Assembly: GCA_036498725.1 (NCBI GenBank)
Contig: DASYEY010000083.1
Location: 21,674-85,673 of the forward strand
Source: Verrucomicrobiia bacterium
GTDB lineage: Bacteria; Verrucomicrobiota; Verrucomicrobiia; Limisphaerales; UBA11358
Length of the DNA stretch: 64,000 nt
Direction: 5' to 3'
Shown in pieces: positions 19,867 through 30,657 of this stretch. Each line of letters opens with the position of its first letter. The first letter of the stretch is position 1. Made by a program: the position numbers and the translations under genes. The notes beneath the pieces are model-generated. The model worked only from the letters and a program-made list of their open reading frames with translations, made no database searches and had not been told where the DNA came from.

Positions 19867-21969
19867 TTAATTAATTGTCACACTGGTTTGCAATGGGAGG
19901 TCGCGGGAAGATGACCCGGCCATGATTTGATATGTTCCCGGCATGATCTTCCAACCATGCGTGTTTGTGTCCCAATAAGCAAACGAACGCGCATCAAGCT
20001 TCAATCGAACATGCCGGGTTTGACCCGGCTTCAAAGCCACTTTCTCAAAGCCCTTCAACTGCGCGGGCGGTTGCGGAATCGCCGTTGTTGACGGAAATCC
20101 AACGTACAGTTCCACGACGGTCTTGCCAAACTTTTCACCAGTGTTGGCTACATCCAAATCAACATCTACGGTTTGTCCTGAATCGGCATTACTTAAAAAA
20201 TTCTGCGGCGCGACCGCAAGATTTTTACAGGCAAAAGTGGTGTAGGACAAACCGTAGCCAAACGGGTAAAGCGGCTTGATCTTCTGCGCGTCAAAATGCC
20301 GGTAGCCGGCAAAGACTCCTTCGGAATAACGCGCCGCACCGTGAACTCCGGGATACTGTTCCGGCGTATTCGCTGGCAGATCCGCCAGGATTTGGGGAAA
20401 AGTGATGGGTAATTTCCCTGAAGGATTGACATCGCCAAAGAGAACCGCCGCCACTGCATGGCCGTCTTCTTCCCCTGGATACCAAGCCTCCAAAATCGCC
20501 GGCACTTTGTCCGCCCACGGCATGAATACAATTGAACCAGTTTTCAATACTACGATTGTATGTGGATTGGCCGCGACAACCGCCGCCACCAACGCATCTT
20601 GATTTCCGTCCAAGGTCAATGAATGATCCCGCCCTTCGGTCTCCATATCGCCCACCATGACAATGGCGGCATCAGACGATTTCGCCACCGCCACCGCGTT
20701 GGTCACATCTTTACCGTCGGCAAAAGCAACCGATACTTTTGAACCAACCCGTTCCTGAATGCCCGCCACCGGGGTAACCGTATAAAGCGGCTCAACATGC
20801 GAACTGCCACCACCACCCGTAATGGCTTGGGCGGCAAATGAACCGATTACGGCGATACGACGCAAGCCTTTGGGATTAAGCGGTAATTCGTTCTCATTGT
20901 TCTTGAGCAAAACCATGCCGTCTTCCGCAAACTGTCGCGCTTCCAAGCCATTCTTTTTGGCGGCAATCGGCTGTGGTTGGGTTTGGTGATCAAAAAGGCC
21001 GTAGTCCATCATGACGCGAAAGCGCCGGATGAGTTTGTCATCAATGACCGAGATCGGCACCCGGCCAGATTCAACCGCCGTTGCCAAATTAGTGCCGAAG
21101 AATTTTCCGGTCGGCATTTCCAAATCCAATCCGGCCAACGCCGAGGGCGCGGTGCTGTGAACCGCGCCGAAATCCGAAGTGATAAATCCTTTGAAGCCCC
21201 ATTCATTTTTAAGGATCTGCTGTAATAGCACGACATTCTCACAGCAATAAGCGCCATTGACTTTATTATAGGCAGCCATCACCGAAGCCACACCCGCCTC
21301 TTTTACTGAGGCTTCAAACGCAGGCAGATAGATCTCGCGCAACGTACGTTCATCCACGATGACATTGACCTTGGAACGGGCAGTTTCTTGATTATTGGCG
21401 GCATAATGTTTGACGTTGGCGATGACGCCCTGACTTTGGATGCCTTGGATCTCATTAACCGCCATCCGCGAAACCAGATATGGATCCTCGCCAAATGCCT
21501 CAAAAGTGCGGCCATTTTGCGGCACACGCGCAATGTTGATATCAGGAGATTCGATCAAGTCTTCCTCCAGATCTTTCGATTCCTCGCCGATGATAACACC
21601 ATAACGTTTTGCCAGCGCAACATCCCAACTCGCCGCCAAAGAAATCGGCGCTGGCAGGGCGGTCGCCGGTTTCTGTGGATTATCGCCCGCCGGACCGACG
21701 CCCGCCGGACCGTTGGCGATATGAAAGGCCGGAATGCCCAACCGGGTATTTGGCGGCACATACCGGTAATACACGGCATCCTGTATGCCATGAAGCTGTT
21801 CGATTTTTTCCGCCAAGGTCATTTTGCTGACCAACTCGCGCGCGCGACGATCCGAGTCTTCGGCATGAAGATTTATCCCGGCGGTCAAAAGGCCAGCCCA
21901 CAGCAAATGTACCAAAATATCTTTACACATAATCCGATCAAAACTCTTCGACGGAAGGTTTGCCTTCAT
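19867..21969 (-). CDS. GH3 beta-glucosidase (BglX-like)
   Basis: 'MTLAEKIEQLHG' and 'GFKGFITSDFGAV' (catalytic Asp region) are present, with a C-terminal Fn3-like domain. The start is more likely the ATG at 21930, which avoids a 32-nt overlap. Confidence 0.9.
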   Translation of the reverse strand: MKANLPSKSFDRIMCKDILVHLLWAGLLTAGINLHAEDSDRRARELVSKMTLAEKIEQLHGIQDAVYYRYVPPNTRLGIPAFHIANGPAGVGPAGDNPQKPATALPAPISLAASWDVALAKRYGVIIGEESKDLEEDLIESPDINIARVPQNGRTFEAFGEDPYLVSRMAVNEIQGIQSQGVIANVKHYAANNQETARSKVNVIVDERTLREIYLPAFEASVKEAGVASVMAAYNKVNGAYCCENVVLLQQILKNEWGFKGFITSDFGAVHSTAPSALAGLDLEMPTGKFFGTNLATAVESGRVPISVIDDKLIRRFRVMMDYGLFDHQTQPQPIAAKKNGLEARQFAEDGMVLLKNNENELPLNPKGLRRIAVIGSFAAQAITGGGGSSHVEPLYTVTPVAGIQERVGSKVSVAFADGKDVTNAVAVAKSSDAAIVMVGDMETEGRDHSLTLDGNQDALVAAVVAANPHTIVVLKTGSIVFMPWADKVPAILEAWYPGEEDGHAVAAVLFGDVNPSGKLPITFPQILADLPANTPEQYPGVHGAARYSEGVFAGYRHFDAQKIKPLYPFGYGLSYTTFACKNLAVAPQNFLSNADSGQTVDVDLDVANTGEKFGKTVVELYVGFPSTTAIPQPPAQLKGFEKVALKPGQTRHVRLKLDARSFAYWDTNTHGWKIMPGTYQIMAGSSSRDLPLQTSVTIN

Positions 21970-23299
21970 ACCAGGCGATCATGTTCAAAACGAGCAGGTT
22001 CCAATCTTGAAAACCCTGATTCATCACGGGCTCGCCATTGTCGGGCAAATAGAATTCGTGCAATACCCCGTGCTTTTCATAATCCATGCCGATCAATTTG
22101 ATGGTTTTTTCGGCCAACGTCCGCGCCTCCTCTTTGTAGCCGTATTTGATGAGACCGCGAAACACCAGATAGTTGGCATTCACCCAGATGGGTCCCAGCC
22201 AGTTGGAAGGATTACCGGTGGCACGCACGTCATACATCTTCTCCATTTTAGAAAGCGAGCGAATGCCATACGGCGCGTCGAAAGTATTGGTATCTTTCAA
22301 ATTCTTATCAACCATTTGCTTCGCTTGTTCCGGCGTCGCCACTCCTGACCACATGGCCAAAAAGCCCGACCAAACACCTAACCGCTGAATCAGGCAATCC
22401 CAATTCCTCGGTTGGCCCATGTGAAATTGCCAGGCCTTATCAAGCGGTTGTGTCACCGGACGAAGATTCAAATCCACGCTGTAATAAAAACCGTCCTTGG
22501 GATCCCAGCAGTGTTCGCGAATGGATTTCAACAGCGCATCCGCCTCTTTTTGATAACTGTCTCCAATTTCAGCCTGGTTCAAGCGTCCGGCCAGGTAGAC
22601 CATGGCGGTCAATTCTTTGTACATGAAACAATTCAACAAGATGGAACCGGAGCTGCCATAAGGACGAAAAAATGTGCTGGGATCATTGTCCACACCGATG
22701 CATTCATCCGTCTCCCAAAAATATAATCCCGTGTCTTTGTTGCGATAGTGATTGTAATAACAATTCACAAAAGCCTGCATTTTCGGGAATTCGTCGCGCA
22801 GCCATTCAGCATCGCCGCCATTTAATTTAACCATGAAAGCAGCATGCTGGGCGAGGCACGGCTTGTGCATGTTGTGCTGCCATTGAATGAAATTTGTCCC
22901 GCCGTTGGGGCCACCCGTATCCATGATGTTTTTGTTGTTGGGGCTGATCACCACGGGGATATAACCGCCATTGACGCTATCGAGAAAATTTAGAATACAT
23001 CCCTGCTCATATTTGAATGCCGATTGCCGGTCGGCATCGGAACCGTTTTCCAGAAAGATCTGCCGCAAGGCGATATCGGTCAGCCATGAATCCCAGTCCC
23101 AAAGCTGGTCTTGATAGGCACTATTGCCCGGCGTGATAAAAGGATGCTTCAAATTTCCTTTGGCCGGCTTAAGCATCCCTTTGTAGTCCTTAAAAATGTT
23201 TTGCCGGATGACATCAATATAATGCTGTGTTTCCGTCGGCATATCGACGCCCTTGGCCGTCAAAGCCAGGCACACGACCAAAAAAATAAATTTGTTCAT
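21938..23299 (-). CDS. Secreted (alpha/alpha)6 glycoside hydrolase, GH63/GH37-like (MGH1-like)
   Basis: The start is ATG 23299 ('MNKFIFLVVCLALTAKG'). 'DQLWDWDSWLTDIAL', 'FWETDECIGVDNDPS' and 'NWLGPIWVNANYLVFRGL' are typical six-hairpin glucosidase/trehalase-like blocks. Confidence 0.6.
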   Translation of the reverse strand: MNKFIFLVVCLALTAKGVDMPTETQHYIDVIRQNIFKDYKGMLKPAKGNLKHPFITPGNSAYQDQLWDWDSWLTDIALRQIFLENGSDADRQSAFKYEQGCILNFLDSVNGGYIPVVISPNNKNIMDTGGPNGGTNFIQWQHNMHKPCLAQHAAFMVKLNGGDAEWLRDEFPKMQAFVNCYYNHYRNKDTGLYFWETDECIGVDNDPSTFFRPYGSSGSILLNCFMYKELTAMVYLAGRLNQAEIGDSYQKEADALLKSIREHCWDPKDGFYYSVDLNLRPVTQPLDKAWQFHMGQPRNWDCLIQRLGVWSGFLAMWSGVATPEQAKQMVDKNLKDTNTFDAPYGIRSLSKMEKMYDVRATGNPSNWLGPIWVNANYLVFRGLIKYGYKEEARTLAEKTIKLIGMDYEKHGVLHEFYLPDNGEPVMNQGFQDWNLLVLNMIAWYEGKPSVEEF

Positions 23300-23385
23300 A
23301 GATTGTCTAAAAGATTTAAAGCCTGCACTCCCTTTGCGTTCACTTGCCGTCACTGCTGGTTTTACGTCTGAAACAAAAATGATTC

Positions 23386-25044
23386 CTATTTTATTACGGA
23401 AGAAGTGAAGCTAAATTCAGTCACGTTTTTTTGGCGCTTCCAGACCAGTTTATCCGTTCCTGGCAAGCCAACCGCCAGTTTAGGGATTACCTGACCTGAT
23501 TTAACTTTAAGGACGAAATGGATCACTCCATCTTTTCTTTCGAAGGAAATATCAGCTCGCACCACACCGTGGCTCGTCAAGATCGGCCAATCTTCCAGAT
23601 GATATCCTGACCACGATGGCGGAATCCGGGGAATGATTTGAACTTGATCCAATGAGGTATCGTCCACACCGGCGATCAAGCGCGCGACCTTGAGCGGTTC
23701 CGAAACATTGACCAAATTAAGCGGGCCGCAACCGGCCGTCATTGGCATCTGCCCCTTTGCTTCGGGCGAATACATCCGTTCGTAGAAGTAGTAAGGCGAA
23801 AGTCGTCCGTAACTATATAGTTTGTGCCCGAAATCCAGACTGAGAACTATATTGGAAGCTTGAAAAGTGCTTTGCGCTAAAAATTCCAGTCCATGATCTG
23901 CCATCTTCGGTTTATCCAAGAGCAGCATGGTTTGCAGGGCATAACCCTGGCCATAAGATGGACTGGTAAGCAGCCCCTTGTGAGTATAGTTCATTTGCGG
24001 CCAGATGCCGTATTTTTCGAACTGCTCTTTGCGCGGAGGAAACGCAAAAAGCTCATTAAACGTTTTTTTACCATAAGTCACGGCGCCCGGCCATGGCCAG
24101 GTAGACGGGTCAAATCCCAGCACGTCTGCCGACATGGAGACGACACCGTTCAAACCGCCGCTGCCCCCAAAAGTGGCACTGTCTGTGTCCGTATGGTTTG
24201 GTTTCAATGTTGTCAGATCAATGTTCCAAATCCAGGAACCTTTATCATTGATCAGATATTTCGGGATATTGCGGAACAAGGTTTTGGCATCCTTGCGCCA
24301 TTGTTTAGCCGTGGCATGGTCGCCCGTTTCATCCTCCAGGTTGGCCGCACTTAACAAAGCCAGCGCACACAAATTATTTTGGACAACGTTATAAGCGTCA
24401 GCTTTGCCACCGCCAAACTCACCAGAACCGGGAACCAGCGGTTGATGTTCCAAAAAATGGTGAATCTCGCGCACCGGTGAAGCCGGTTGATGAAGAAACT
24501 CATACAGACGGGCGCGAAAAGGATTTTCTGCGGGCAACCGTTGCCACAATGCCACCATCGCAATGATGGTCGCCGCTTGACCATCCATTTCAGACCCGCT
24601 CTGCCGTCCGGCTTGCGGATCTAAATACCGGGGAAAAGCAATGAAACCGTCGCTGTTTGTTCCAACATAATCCATGACACATTGCGCCACGAGACAGGCG
24701 TGTTCATAATAACCCCAATAAACCAACTCGCGCATGCAGGTGCCCGCGTCGCGCGTCCACATGGTTCCATACCACGGTTGCCCGGCTGGCGAAGCATTGA
24801 GAAAGCCTGCGGGAAATTTGCCATCCGATTCTGAAACGAAATCGAGCGCGAGCGCACCCTTAAATGATTCGTTCACCTCTTTGGTGAATAAATCGGCCGT
24901 TGGCGAACCAAAAAAAGTGAGTTTGCCAGGACGGTCAGCTGACAAATTGAAAACCGACGGCGATGCCGGCATCGAAGAATTTTCCGCCCGCGATTCGCTC
25001 CAGAACAAGCCGGAAACCAGCATGATTGAATAAATTAATTTCAT
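23386..25044 (-). CDS. Secreted hypothetical protein, possibly six-hairpin glycosidase-like
   Basis: It has a signal peptide. 'WYGTMWTRDAG' resembles the W-x-RD motif of GH15-type (alpha/alpha)6 enzymes. I recognise nothing else in it. Confidence 0.35.
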   Translation of the reverse strand: MKLIYSIMLVSGLFWSESRAENSSMPASPSVFNLSADRPGKLTFFGSPTADLFTKEVNESFKGALALDFVSESDGKFPAGFLNASPAGQPWYGTMWTRDAGTCMRELVYWGYYEHACLVAQCVMDYVGTNSDGFIAFPRYLDPQAGRQSGSEMDGQAATIIAMVALWQRLPAENPFRARLYEFLHQPASPVREIHHFLEHQPLVPGSGEFGGGKADAYNVVQNNLCALALLSAANLEDETGDHATAKQWRKDAKTLFRNIPKYLINDKGSWIWNIDLTTLKPNHTDTDSATFGGSGGLNGVVSMSADVLGFDPSTWPWPGAVTYGKKTFNELFAFPPRKEQFEKYGIWPQMNYTHKGLLTSPSYGQGYALQTMLLLDKPKMADHGLEFLAQSTFQASNIVLSLDFGHKLYSYGRLSPYYFYERMYSPEAKGQMPMTAGCGPLNLVNVSEPLKVARLIAGVDDTSLDQVQIIPRIPPSWSGYHLEDWPILTSHGVVRADISFERKDGVIHFVLKVKSGQVIPKLAVGLPGTDKLVWKRQKNVTEFSFTSSVIK

Positions 25045-25111
25045 TTTTGAAGGTGTGAAGTGCGAAGCCTCGATTGCCCGCTCAATCGGCTGATAATCGC
25101 CACAGATCAGC

Positions 25112-25891
25112 TTACCAATTGGCTTTCGTCAAAAAACTCTGCTGGGCTGCGGTGATCACCCCAAGATCCTGTTGCCAAAAATATAATTGTTCTGTGTTGT
25201 CTGGCATTGCTCCCCAGATATGCAGATACATCATCACCCCTTTGGTCTTGATCCACCGCGCTGAACCATCAATGAACACTTCGTTGCCGCCGGCCGGAAA
25301 ATTTCCCGCATCTTTATGCGCCGGCAGACTGGACCAGCCGGAAGCGTCCACGGGATGGCTCCAACTGTTATTAACTTTCGCCACCAAATCAGCCGCCAGC
25401 ATCCAAGTGGGATTTGACAGCGATGTCTTGACCGGGCTGGCAGACTTAACACCCGCTGGAAATGCGTTATTATACCAGGTCGTTATTCCGCCATAGTACT
25501 GGTAGCCAATGTAATATTGATTGCCGGGATTATTATTCGGAAAATTCGGAATAGCCGTGCGATCAGGACAAGTCCAGATGCTGGCGGAATTAGATTGCGA
25601 AATGGAGAGCCCCAAACTGTTCCAGATATCAACGGAAATATCATTTGTGTTCACTTGCAGCGGGAAGAGATTCTTACTGGCTGGCGGCACATAGTCCTTG
25701 TTGTCAGTGGCATAGACCAACGCCGCAACGCCAATCTGCCTTAGGTTGCTTACACAAAGAATGCGTTTGGCGTGTTCTTTGGCCCGGGCTAAAGCCGGCA
25801 ACAGCATGGCCGCCAAAATGGCTATAATCGCAATCACCACCAACAACTCAATCAGCGTAAAACCGCTCCGTTGTACATTTGTCCTACTCAT
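25112..25891 (-). CDS. DUF1559 / prepilin-type N-terminal cleavage-methylation domain protein
   Basis: The start is ATG 25891. '[30 protein letters not shown]' is the class III signal. The C-terminal '[15 protein letters not shown]' is an HX9DG-like end. It starts 17 nt after the upstream giant gene. Confidence 0.85.
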   Translation of the reverse strand: MSRTNVQRSGFTLIELLVVIAIIAILAAMLLPALARAKEHAKRILCVSNLRQIGVAALVYATDNKDYVPPASKNLFPLQVNTNDISVDIWNSLGLSISQSNSASIWTCPDRTAIPNFPNNNPGNQYYIGYQYYGGITTWYNNAFPAGVKSASPVKTSLSNPTWMLAADLVAKVNNSWSHPVDASGWSSLPAHKDAGNFPAGGNEVFIDGSARWIKTKGVMMYLHIWGAMPDNTEQLYFWQQDLGVITAAQQSFLTKANW

Positions 25892-25908
25892 TATAGATTT
25901 TCTTTCGT

Positions 25909-28900
25909 TTATGGGAGAGTCAACCGGTAGAATACGCTGCCATTCGTTGGATTCATGGGAATCACCATTTGATTGGTGGCACTTGAATTGGCCACATTCA
26001 CCCAGTTGGTGCTGAGCCCCACCGACAGGCTGTTGGTCTGGGCTTGCAACGTCCAACCGAGATTGGTTGGCCAACTTAAGGTCAATACGTTGCCGGCCAC
26101 TGAATATTGAACCGGACCTGGATTTTGGTTGATTGGACTAATCAACGTAATAAGGGTGATATTAGTGCCATAGGCATTGGTCGCTACCAATTGCAATTGA
26201 CCAGCGCTTAAGCTGCTGCTGGAAATGTTAAGATCGGCGGGGAGCGGGGCCAGAGTGCCGGTCGAACCGGTCGCGACCACCGTGGAATTATTGCTCCAGT
26301 AAAAGCCGAGAGGGGCCGAACCAAAGGCCGTCGCGGAAATTGCCACCGTCCCGTTGGTCAGCACGATGCTATTGGTTGGCGGCAATGGGTTAAGGAGATA
26401 AGGCGGAACGCCGCCGGGCGCCACTTGAGACAGCGCGAAGGAGTTCCATTGGATATTACCGGGAGCGGTCAAGGTATTTTGGGTGAGCCCAACCGCACCA
26501 ATTAGCGGGTTGCTGCTATAATTATTTGTTCCCGCTGAAACACCATCCACATAAGCATAGGCTTTCCATTGAGTACTCGTCGTATCCAATACGATCTGTA
26601 CCGTGTGGGTGCCGACGCCAGCGGCAAAAAAGGACGTCTTATTGGTGATTCCGACACCACTGTTTGGTCCCGCAAAATACTGCACATTGCCATTGGCCTC
26701 AGTCAGGATCAGCCAATCATATCCATTGGGTCCCTGCTGGGGCGGGGTGGTCCCGCTATCGCTGAACCGTCCGTAGCCAGTTGCGGCATTTATCGGGGCA
26801 TTTTGGGCAAAACCCAAACCAACCCAACTGCCCGGATCACCGCTGAAAGTCAGCGAAGCGGTCACGGTGTAAACGTAACCGGCGTGCGGCGTAAAAGGCA
26901 CTACCCAGCTATCTTGCGCCGAGGTCGCACTAACGCCGCTGGCCTGCATGCGGCCAGAGTCATTGGTTCCCAATGCATCAACCCATGTGGTATTGGTGCC
27001 GCCGACCAGACTGTTGGCTGCGGTCATCGGCATCCCGGCAATGGACCACGTCCCCCCGTTGAAATTGTTGGAATAGAGAATCGGGTCGGTGTAACTCAAC
27101 GTTACCGGCGGTGCCGGACTGAACAAATTGACAAACAGATTGATGGGGCCAGTAGCGTTGGTGGCAACCAGTTCCAACTGATCACCGCTCAGGCTGGCGG
27201 AGGCGTTTGGAATGGTTAAGGTTGCGTCCAGACTTCCAGAGGCGCTCATGACGCCTGAACCGAGCACACCGCCGGTGGTTAAGTTGGTCCAGTAGTAACC
27301 GAACGGCCCCGTACCGGAAACTGTCACCGGAATCGTCAGTGTCTGGTTTGCTTGATAGACGGTATTAGCCAGGGGCAGGGGCGGAACGAAAGCCAATGGA
27401 ACCTGGTTTCCGAACGAGGCATAGTGTTCGATCACCTGCCCGGCGGAAAGCGCATAGTTGTAGGCCGCCACATCGCCAATATAACCGGCAAATTGTACCC
27501 CATAACCCGTGGCACCAGACTTAATTCCGGCGCCAATGGATACCGGCGCGGCAACTTCGTAGGCTCCCGCATTGATCGGAATGGCGGTCGTGGCCGCCAA
27601 TATACCGTCCACGTAGAGTAACACCTTGCCATTCGCTTCATCGCAAACCCCCACCAAGTGATGCCAGGTGAGATCTGTCGCGGGAATGGAAGAGTCAGCC
27701 TTGTAAATCGTTCCGTTGGCGCCACGAACATAGAATTGGTAATGCTGGGAGGTTGAATTTGTGTCCACTCCAAGGGCGAAGGCGTCGTTCACTTGATAGG
27801 TGCCTTTGGTAATAATCGGGGCACCACCACCACTGCCGCCCGAGAAGCAATTGGCCCATGCTTCCACAGTAAATTCCGCGCTCGCGCCATTGGCCGCCGC
27901 AAAATCCACCCCTTGAATCTGGGCCACGTGACTATTGGTGATGCCACCCAGCCCAAAGGCTGCGGAAGTTTCCGCTGGCTCGGACGGATCATATCCCGAT
28001 TGGCTCAAAGTGACATTGGTGTAAATACCATTGTTGGCTCCTTGATAATCACCACAAATGACTCCCTGATTGCCACTCCCATTATCCAGTTCACCCAATC
28101 GCCAGAAAGCAATCGGTTGATCGCTCAAGACGGCTTGCGGGTAGGCCGCCTGCGGAGTCGGTAGATAAGTCGCCAACCAGGTATTGCTCGCACTGCCAAA
28201 ACTATTTGCCGCCACACAGGTAAAGTTTGTCGGACCGTTCAACTGGCAATTTTCAAACGTGAAGCTGGCATTGGTCGCCCCGTCAACCACCACGCCATTC
28301 GTCAACCATTGAAACCCCATCGGTTGGGCACCCAACAATGAAATCGAGAAGGTGGGTGTTGCACCGATATAATTGGTTCCGCCTATATTTGCCCCGCCAA
28401 ACAAGGTGAAAGGGTTGGTGTAAGCGACCGGAAATTGGCCGGTGATGATCGGATTGGTATAAATCGTCAGCGTGGACGCTGCGCTCGTGGCGGCACCGTA
28501 AGCGTTTGTGATGATGACGTAATAATTGGTGCTGCCGTCGTTGATCGAAACCGGGTTGATAACCAGGACATTGGTATTGGCCCCGCTAATTATGGCACTG
28601 TTAGTGAGGGGAATGCCGTTGGCATACCATTGGTAGAAGAGTGTCCCGCTGTTGGTGGCAACGGTCACCGTCACCGAGTTAGTGTAGGCGGCGCCCGCGC
28701 TCACGCTCTGCGATTTTGGTTGCTGGGTAACAAAGGGCTGTTGCGAGGCGGAAACCGTCAAGTAATTCCACTGGACCGCAGCGGGCGCAGTCAGGGCGTT
28801 TTGGGTCAGTCCAACCCCCTTGATGCTCGGATTGCTGGCGTAGGTAAAATTTGTCCCCAGCGGAACCCCATCAACATAACCAGCGATTGCCCAGGGACTG

Positions 28901-29487
28901 ACCATCGTGTTCAGTATCACCTGCCCGATATGGGTTCCGGGACCGGGAGTGAAAGCGCCATTCGCATTGAAGATGACCGGGGCTCCGCCTGGCCCCGCAA
29001 AATATTGCACGTTGCCACTGGATTCAGTCAAAATCATCCAATCACTTCCTCTGGGTGAAGTGATCCCTCCGGCTTGATTGTCGGAAAAGCGCGCGAAGCC
29101 ATTGGCCACATTATTCGTATCGTTTTGCGCAAAACCAAACCCGACCCAGTTGCCGGGATTGCCAGTGAAGGTCACACTAGCTTCCAAGAGGTAAACATGA
29201 CCAGCCTGCGGCACAAACGGCAAAAGGAAGCTGTCGCCGAACGTTGTGGTCGCGGCCTCGCTGCCGTTTGCCAGCAAGGCTCCCGGGTTATTGATCCCCA
29301 ATACGTCGGTCCATTTCGCGGTGTTGGTGCCGCCCGCAAAGCTGCTGGCCAGCGTCGGCGGCGTGTTGGAAATATTCACTGCCGCCCCCAGACTGAAATT
29401 ATTGGAATAGATGATTTGCGCGTGGCCAACAAAACAGGAGAACGCCGTCATCATTACCGCCGCTAACAAGGTTACAGTCGTTTTCAT
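25909..29487 (-). CDS. Giant secreted lectin-like protein (P1)
   Basis: It has the signal peptide '[23 protein letters not shown]'. The 'QIIYSNNF' domain occurs twice (28745-29420 and 26425-27092). There is an Ig-like unit '[42 protein letters not shown]' and a LamG block 'FTVEAWAN...[21 protein letters not shown]'. The protein ends '...[10 protein letters not shown]'. Confidence 0.8.
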   Translation of the reverse strand: MKTTVTLLAAVMMTAFSCFVGHAQIIYSNNFSLGAAVNISNTPPTLASSFAGGTNTAKWTDVLGINNPGALLANGSEAATTTFGDSFLLPFVPQAGHVYLLEASVTFTGNPGNWVGFGFAQNDTNNVANGFARFSDNQAGGITSPRGSDWMILTESSGNVQYFAGPGGAPVIFNANGAFTPGPGTHIGQVILNTMVSPWAIAGYVDGVPLGTNFTYASNPSIKGVGLTQNALTAPAAVQWNYLTVSASQQPFVTQQPKSQSVSAGAAYTNSVTVTVATNSGTLFYQWYANGIPLTNSAIISGANTNVLVINPVSINDGSTNYYVIITNAYGAATSAASTLTIYTNPIITGQFPVAYTNPFTLFGGANIGGTNYIGATPTFSISLLGAQPMGFQWLTNGVVVDGATNASFTFENCQLNGPTNFTCVAANSFGSASNTWLATYLPTPQAAYPQAVLSDQPIAFWRLGELDNGSGNQGVICGDYQGANNGIYTNVTLSQSGYDPSEPAETSAAFGLGGITNSHVAQIQGVDFAAANGASAEFTVEAWANCFSGGSGGGAPIITKGTYQVNDAFALGVDTNSTSQHYQFYVRGANGTIYKADSSIPATDLTWHHLVGVCDEANGKVLLYVDGILAATTAIPINAGAYEVAAPVSIGAGIKSGATGYGVQFAGYIGDVAAYNYALSAGQVIEHYASFGNQVPLAFVPPLPLANTVYQANQTLTIPVTVSGTGPFGYYWTNLTTGGVLGSGVMSASGSLDATLTIPNASASLSGDQLELVATNATGPINLFVNLFSPAPPVTLSYTDPILYSNNFNGGTWSIAGMPMTAANSLVGGTNTTWVDALGTNDSGRMQASGVSATSAQDSWVVPFTPHAGYVYTVTASLTFSGDPGSWVGLGFAQNAPINAATGYGRFSDSGTTPPQQGPNGYDWLILTEANGNVQYFAGPNSGVGITNKTSFFAAGVGTHTVQIVLDTTSTQWKAYAYVDGVSAGTNNYSSNPLIGAVGLTQNTLTAPGNIQWNSFALSQVAPGGVPPYLLNPLPPTNSIVLTNGTVAISATAFGSAPLGFYWSNNSTVVATGSTGTLAPLPADLNISSSSLSAGQLQLVATNAYGTNITLITLISPINQNPGPVQYSVAGNVLTLSWPTNLGWTLQAQTNSLSVGLSTNWVNVANSSATNQMVIPMNPTNGSVFYRLTLP

Positions 29488-29608
29488 TTGGTTGCTTTTG
29501 ATCTGGATTTTTGGCCGGTTTATCCCATCTAACTTTTCAGATGTAAATAGGTGGCTGTGAATTTGTTTGGATTTGTCAGTACCTTAGCTTCACCTGCCGG
29601 CTCCGTAA

Positions 29609-29628
29609 ATACCCTCAAATGAGGGTAT
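29609..29628. promoter_or_regulatory. Palindromic candidate operator (copy a): ATACCCTCAAATGAGGGTAT
   Basis: It is a perfect 8-2-8 palindrome about 130 nt upstream of the P1 start, between the RR1 stop and P1. Copies b and c are at 34814 and 37832. Confidence 0.5.
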
Positions 29629-29884
29629 TTTTGAGGAGTGGCCTCGTCAGGTCCAGCACGTGAAATGAGGCAACTGGAAAGCGGCGGACTTAACCTTGCC
29701 GGGTTGAAGGTAATTTTCCAGAGCGCGGGAACCGGCGGCAAATGCTCTGATTTGGTGGGTTGACTATCCGTCGTTTACGCCAAAGCCTCAATCGTCTGAC
29801 CGGCGCTCCGTTGAGAATTTGTTCCGCGCGGATAAAACGAGCTGTCGCGAGCCGCCGCGCAACTGATTCCACCCAACCTCGTTA

Positions 29885-30619
29885 CTATGCTCCGCCGCTG
29901 GCAATTTTTTCCCGCGTGTTATCGACCTCCGATACGGAACCGGCCGAACGGTTTGCGGTGTAGCGCATGACCGCTTCCGTGCGACAGTGGACATGCAGTT
30001 TTTCATAGACCGTTTTCAGGTAGCTGCGCACAGTTTCGATACTCAGACGCATCTGGTCGGCAATCTCCTTGTTTGATAAGCCGCGCGACAACAAATCCAG
30101 CACCTCAATTTCGCGCGTGGATAAATGCGCCTGATTGCGTGGATTGGCCGGCGGCCGGCGGAATGAACGTACCACACGCCAGGCGATGGCGCTGCTCATC
30201 GGCGCGCCACCGTCCAGCACATCCACGAGAGCCGTCCGCAGATCCACCGGTTTTGAACGCTTGAGCAAATACCCGTCTGCGCCAGCCTCCAACGCGCGAA
30301 AAATCAATTCATCGTCATCTAATACGGTTAGAATGATAATGGGCGTCGTCGGCAATAATTCCTTTAGCCGCGAGGTGCACTCAATGCCTGACATGCGTGG
30401 CAGACGGATATCCATCAAGATCACATCCGGCCGCGCTTCGGGTATGGCAGCCACCGCTTCCTCGGCTGACGCACACGTGCAGGTGCACTTGAATCCCTCG
30501 AATGATTCGATGATTTGCACCCAACTTTGACATAAATCTTTTTGATCCTCCACCAAGGCCACACTGATCGTGACCGCAGCGTCAGATTTGACGGGAATGT
30601 TTTTCGAAAGCGATTTCAT
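29885..30619 (-). CDS. NarL/LuxR-family response regulator (RR1)
   Basis: The REC domain includes 'DVILMDIRLPRMSG' and 'ADGYLLK'. The GerE HTH is 'LSTREIEVLDLLSRGLSNKEIADQMRLSIETVRSYLKTVYEKLHV'. Confidence 0.9.
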   Translation of the reverse strand: MKSLSKNIPVKSDAAVTISVALVEDQKDLCQSWVQIIESFEGFKCTCTCASAEEAVAAIPEARPDVILMDIRLPRMSGIECTSRLKELLPTTPIIILTVLDDDELIFRALEAGADGYLLKRSKPVDLRTALVDVLDGGAPMSSAIAWRVVRSFRRPPANPRNQAHLSTREIEVLDLLSRGLSNKEIADQMRLSIETVRSYLKTVYEKLHVHCRTEAVMRYTANRSAGSVSEVDNTREKIASGGA

Positions 30620-30657
30620 GCGCTATGACAGTTTGGAGCGGAAATTCGATAAAATGA

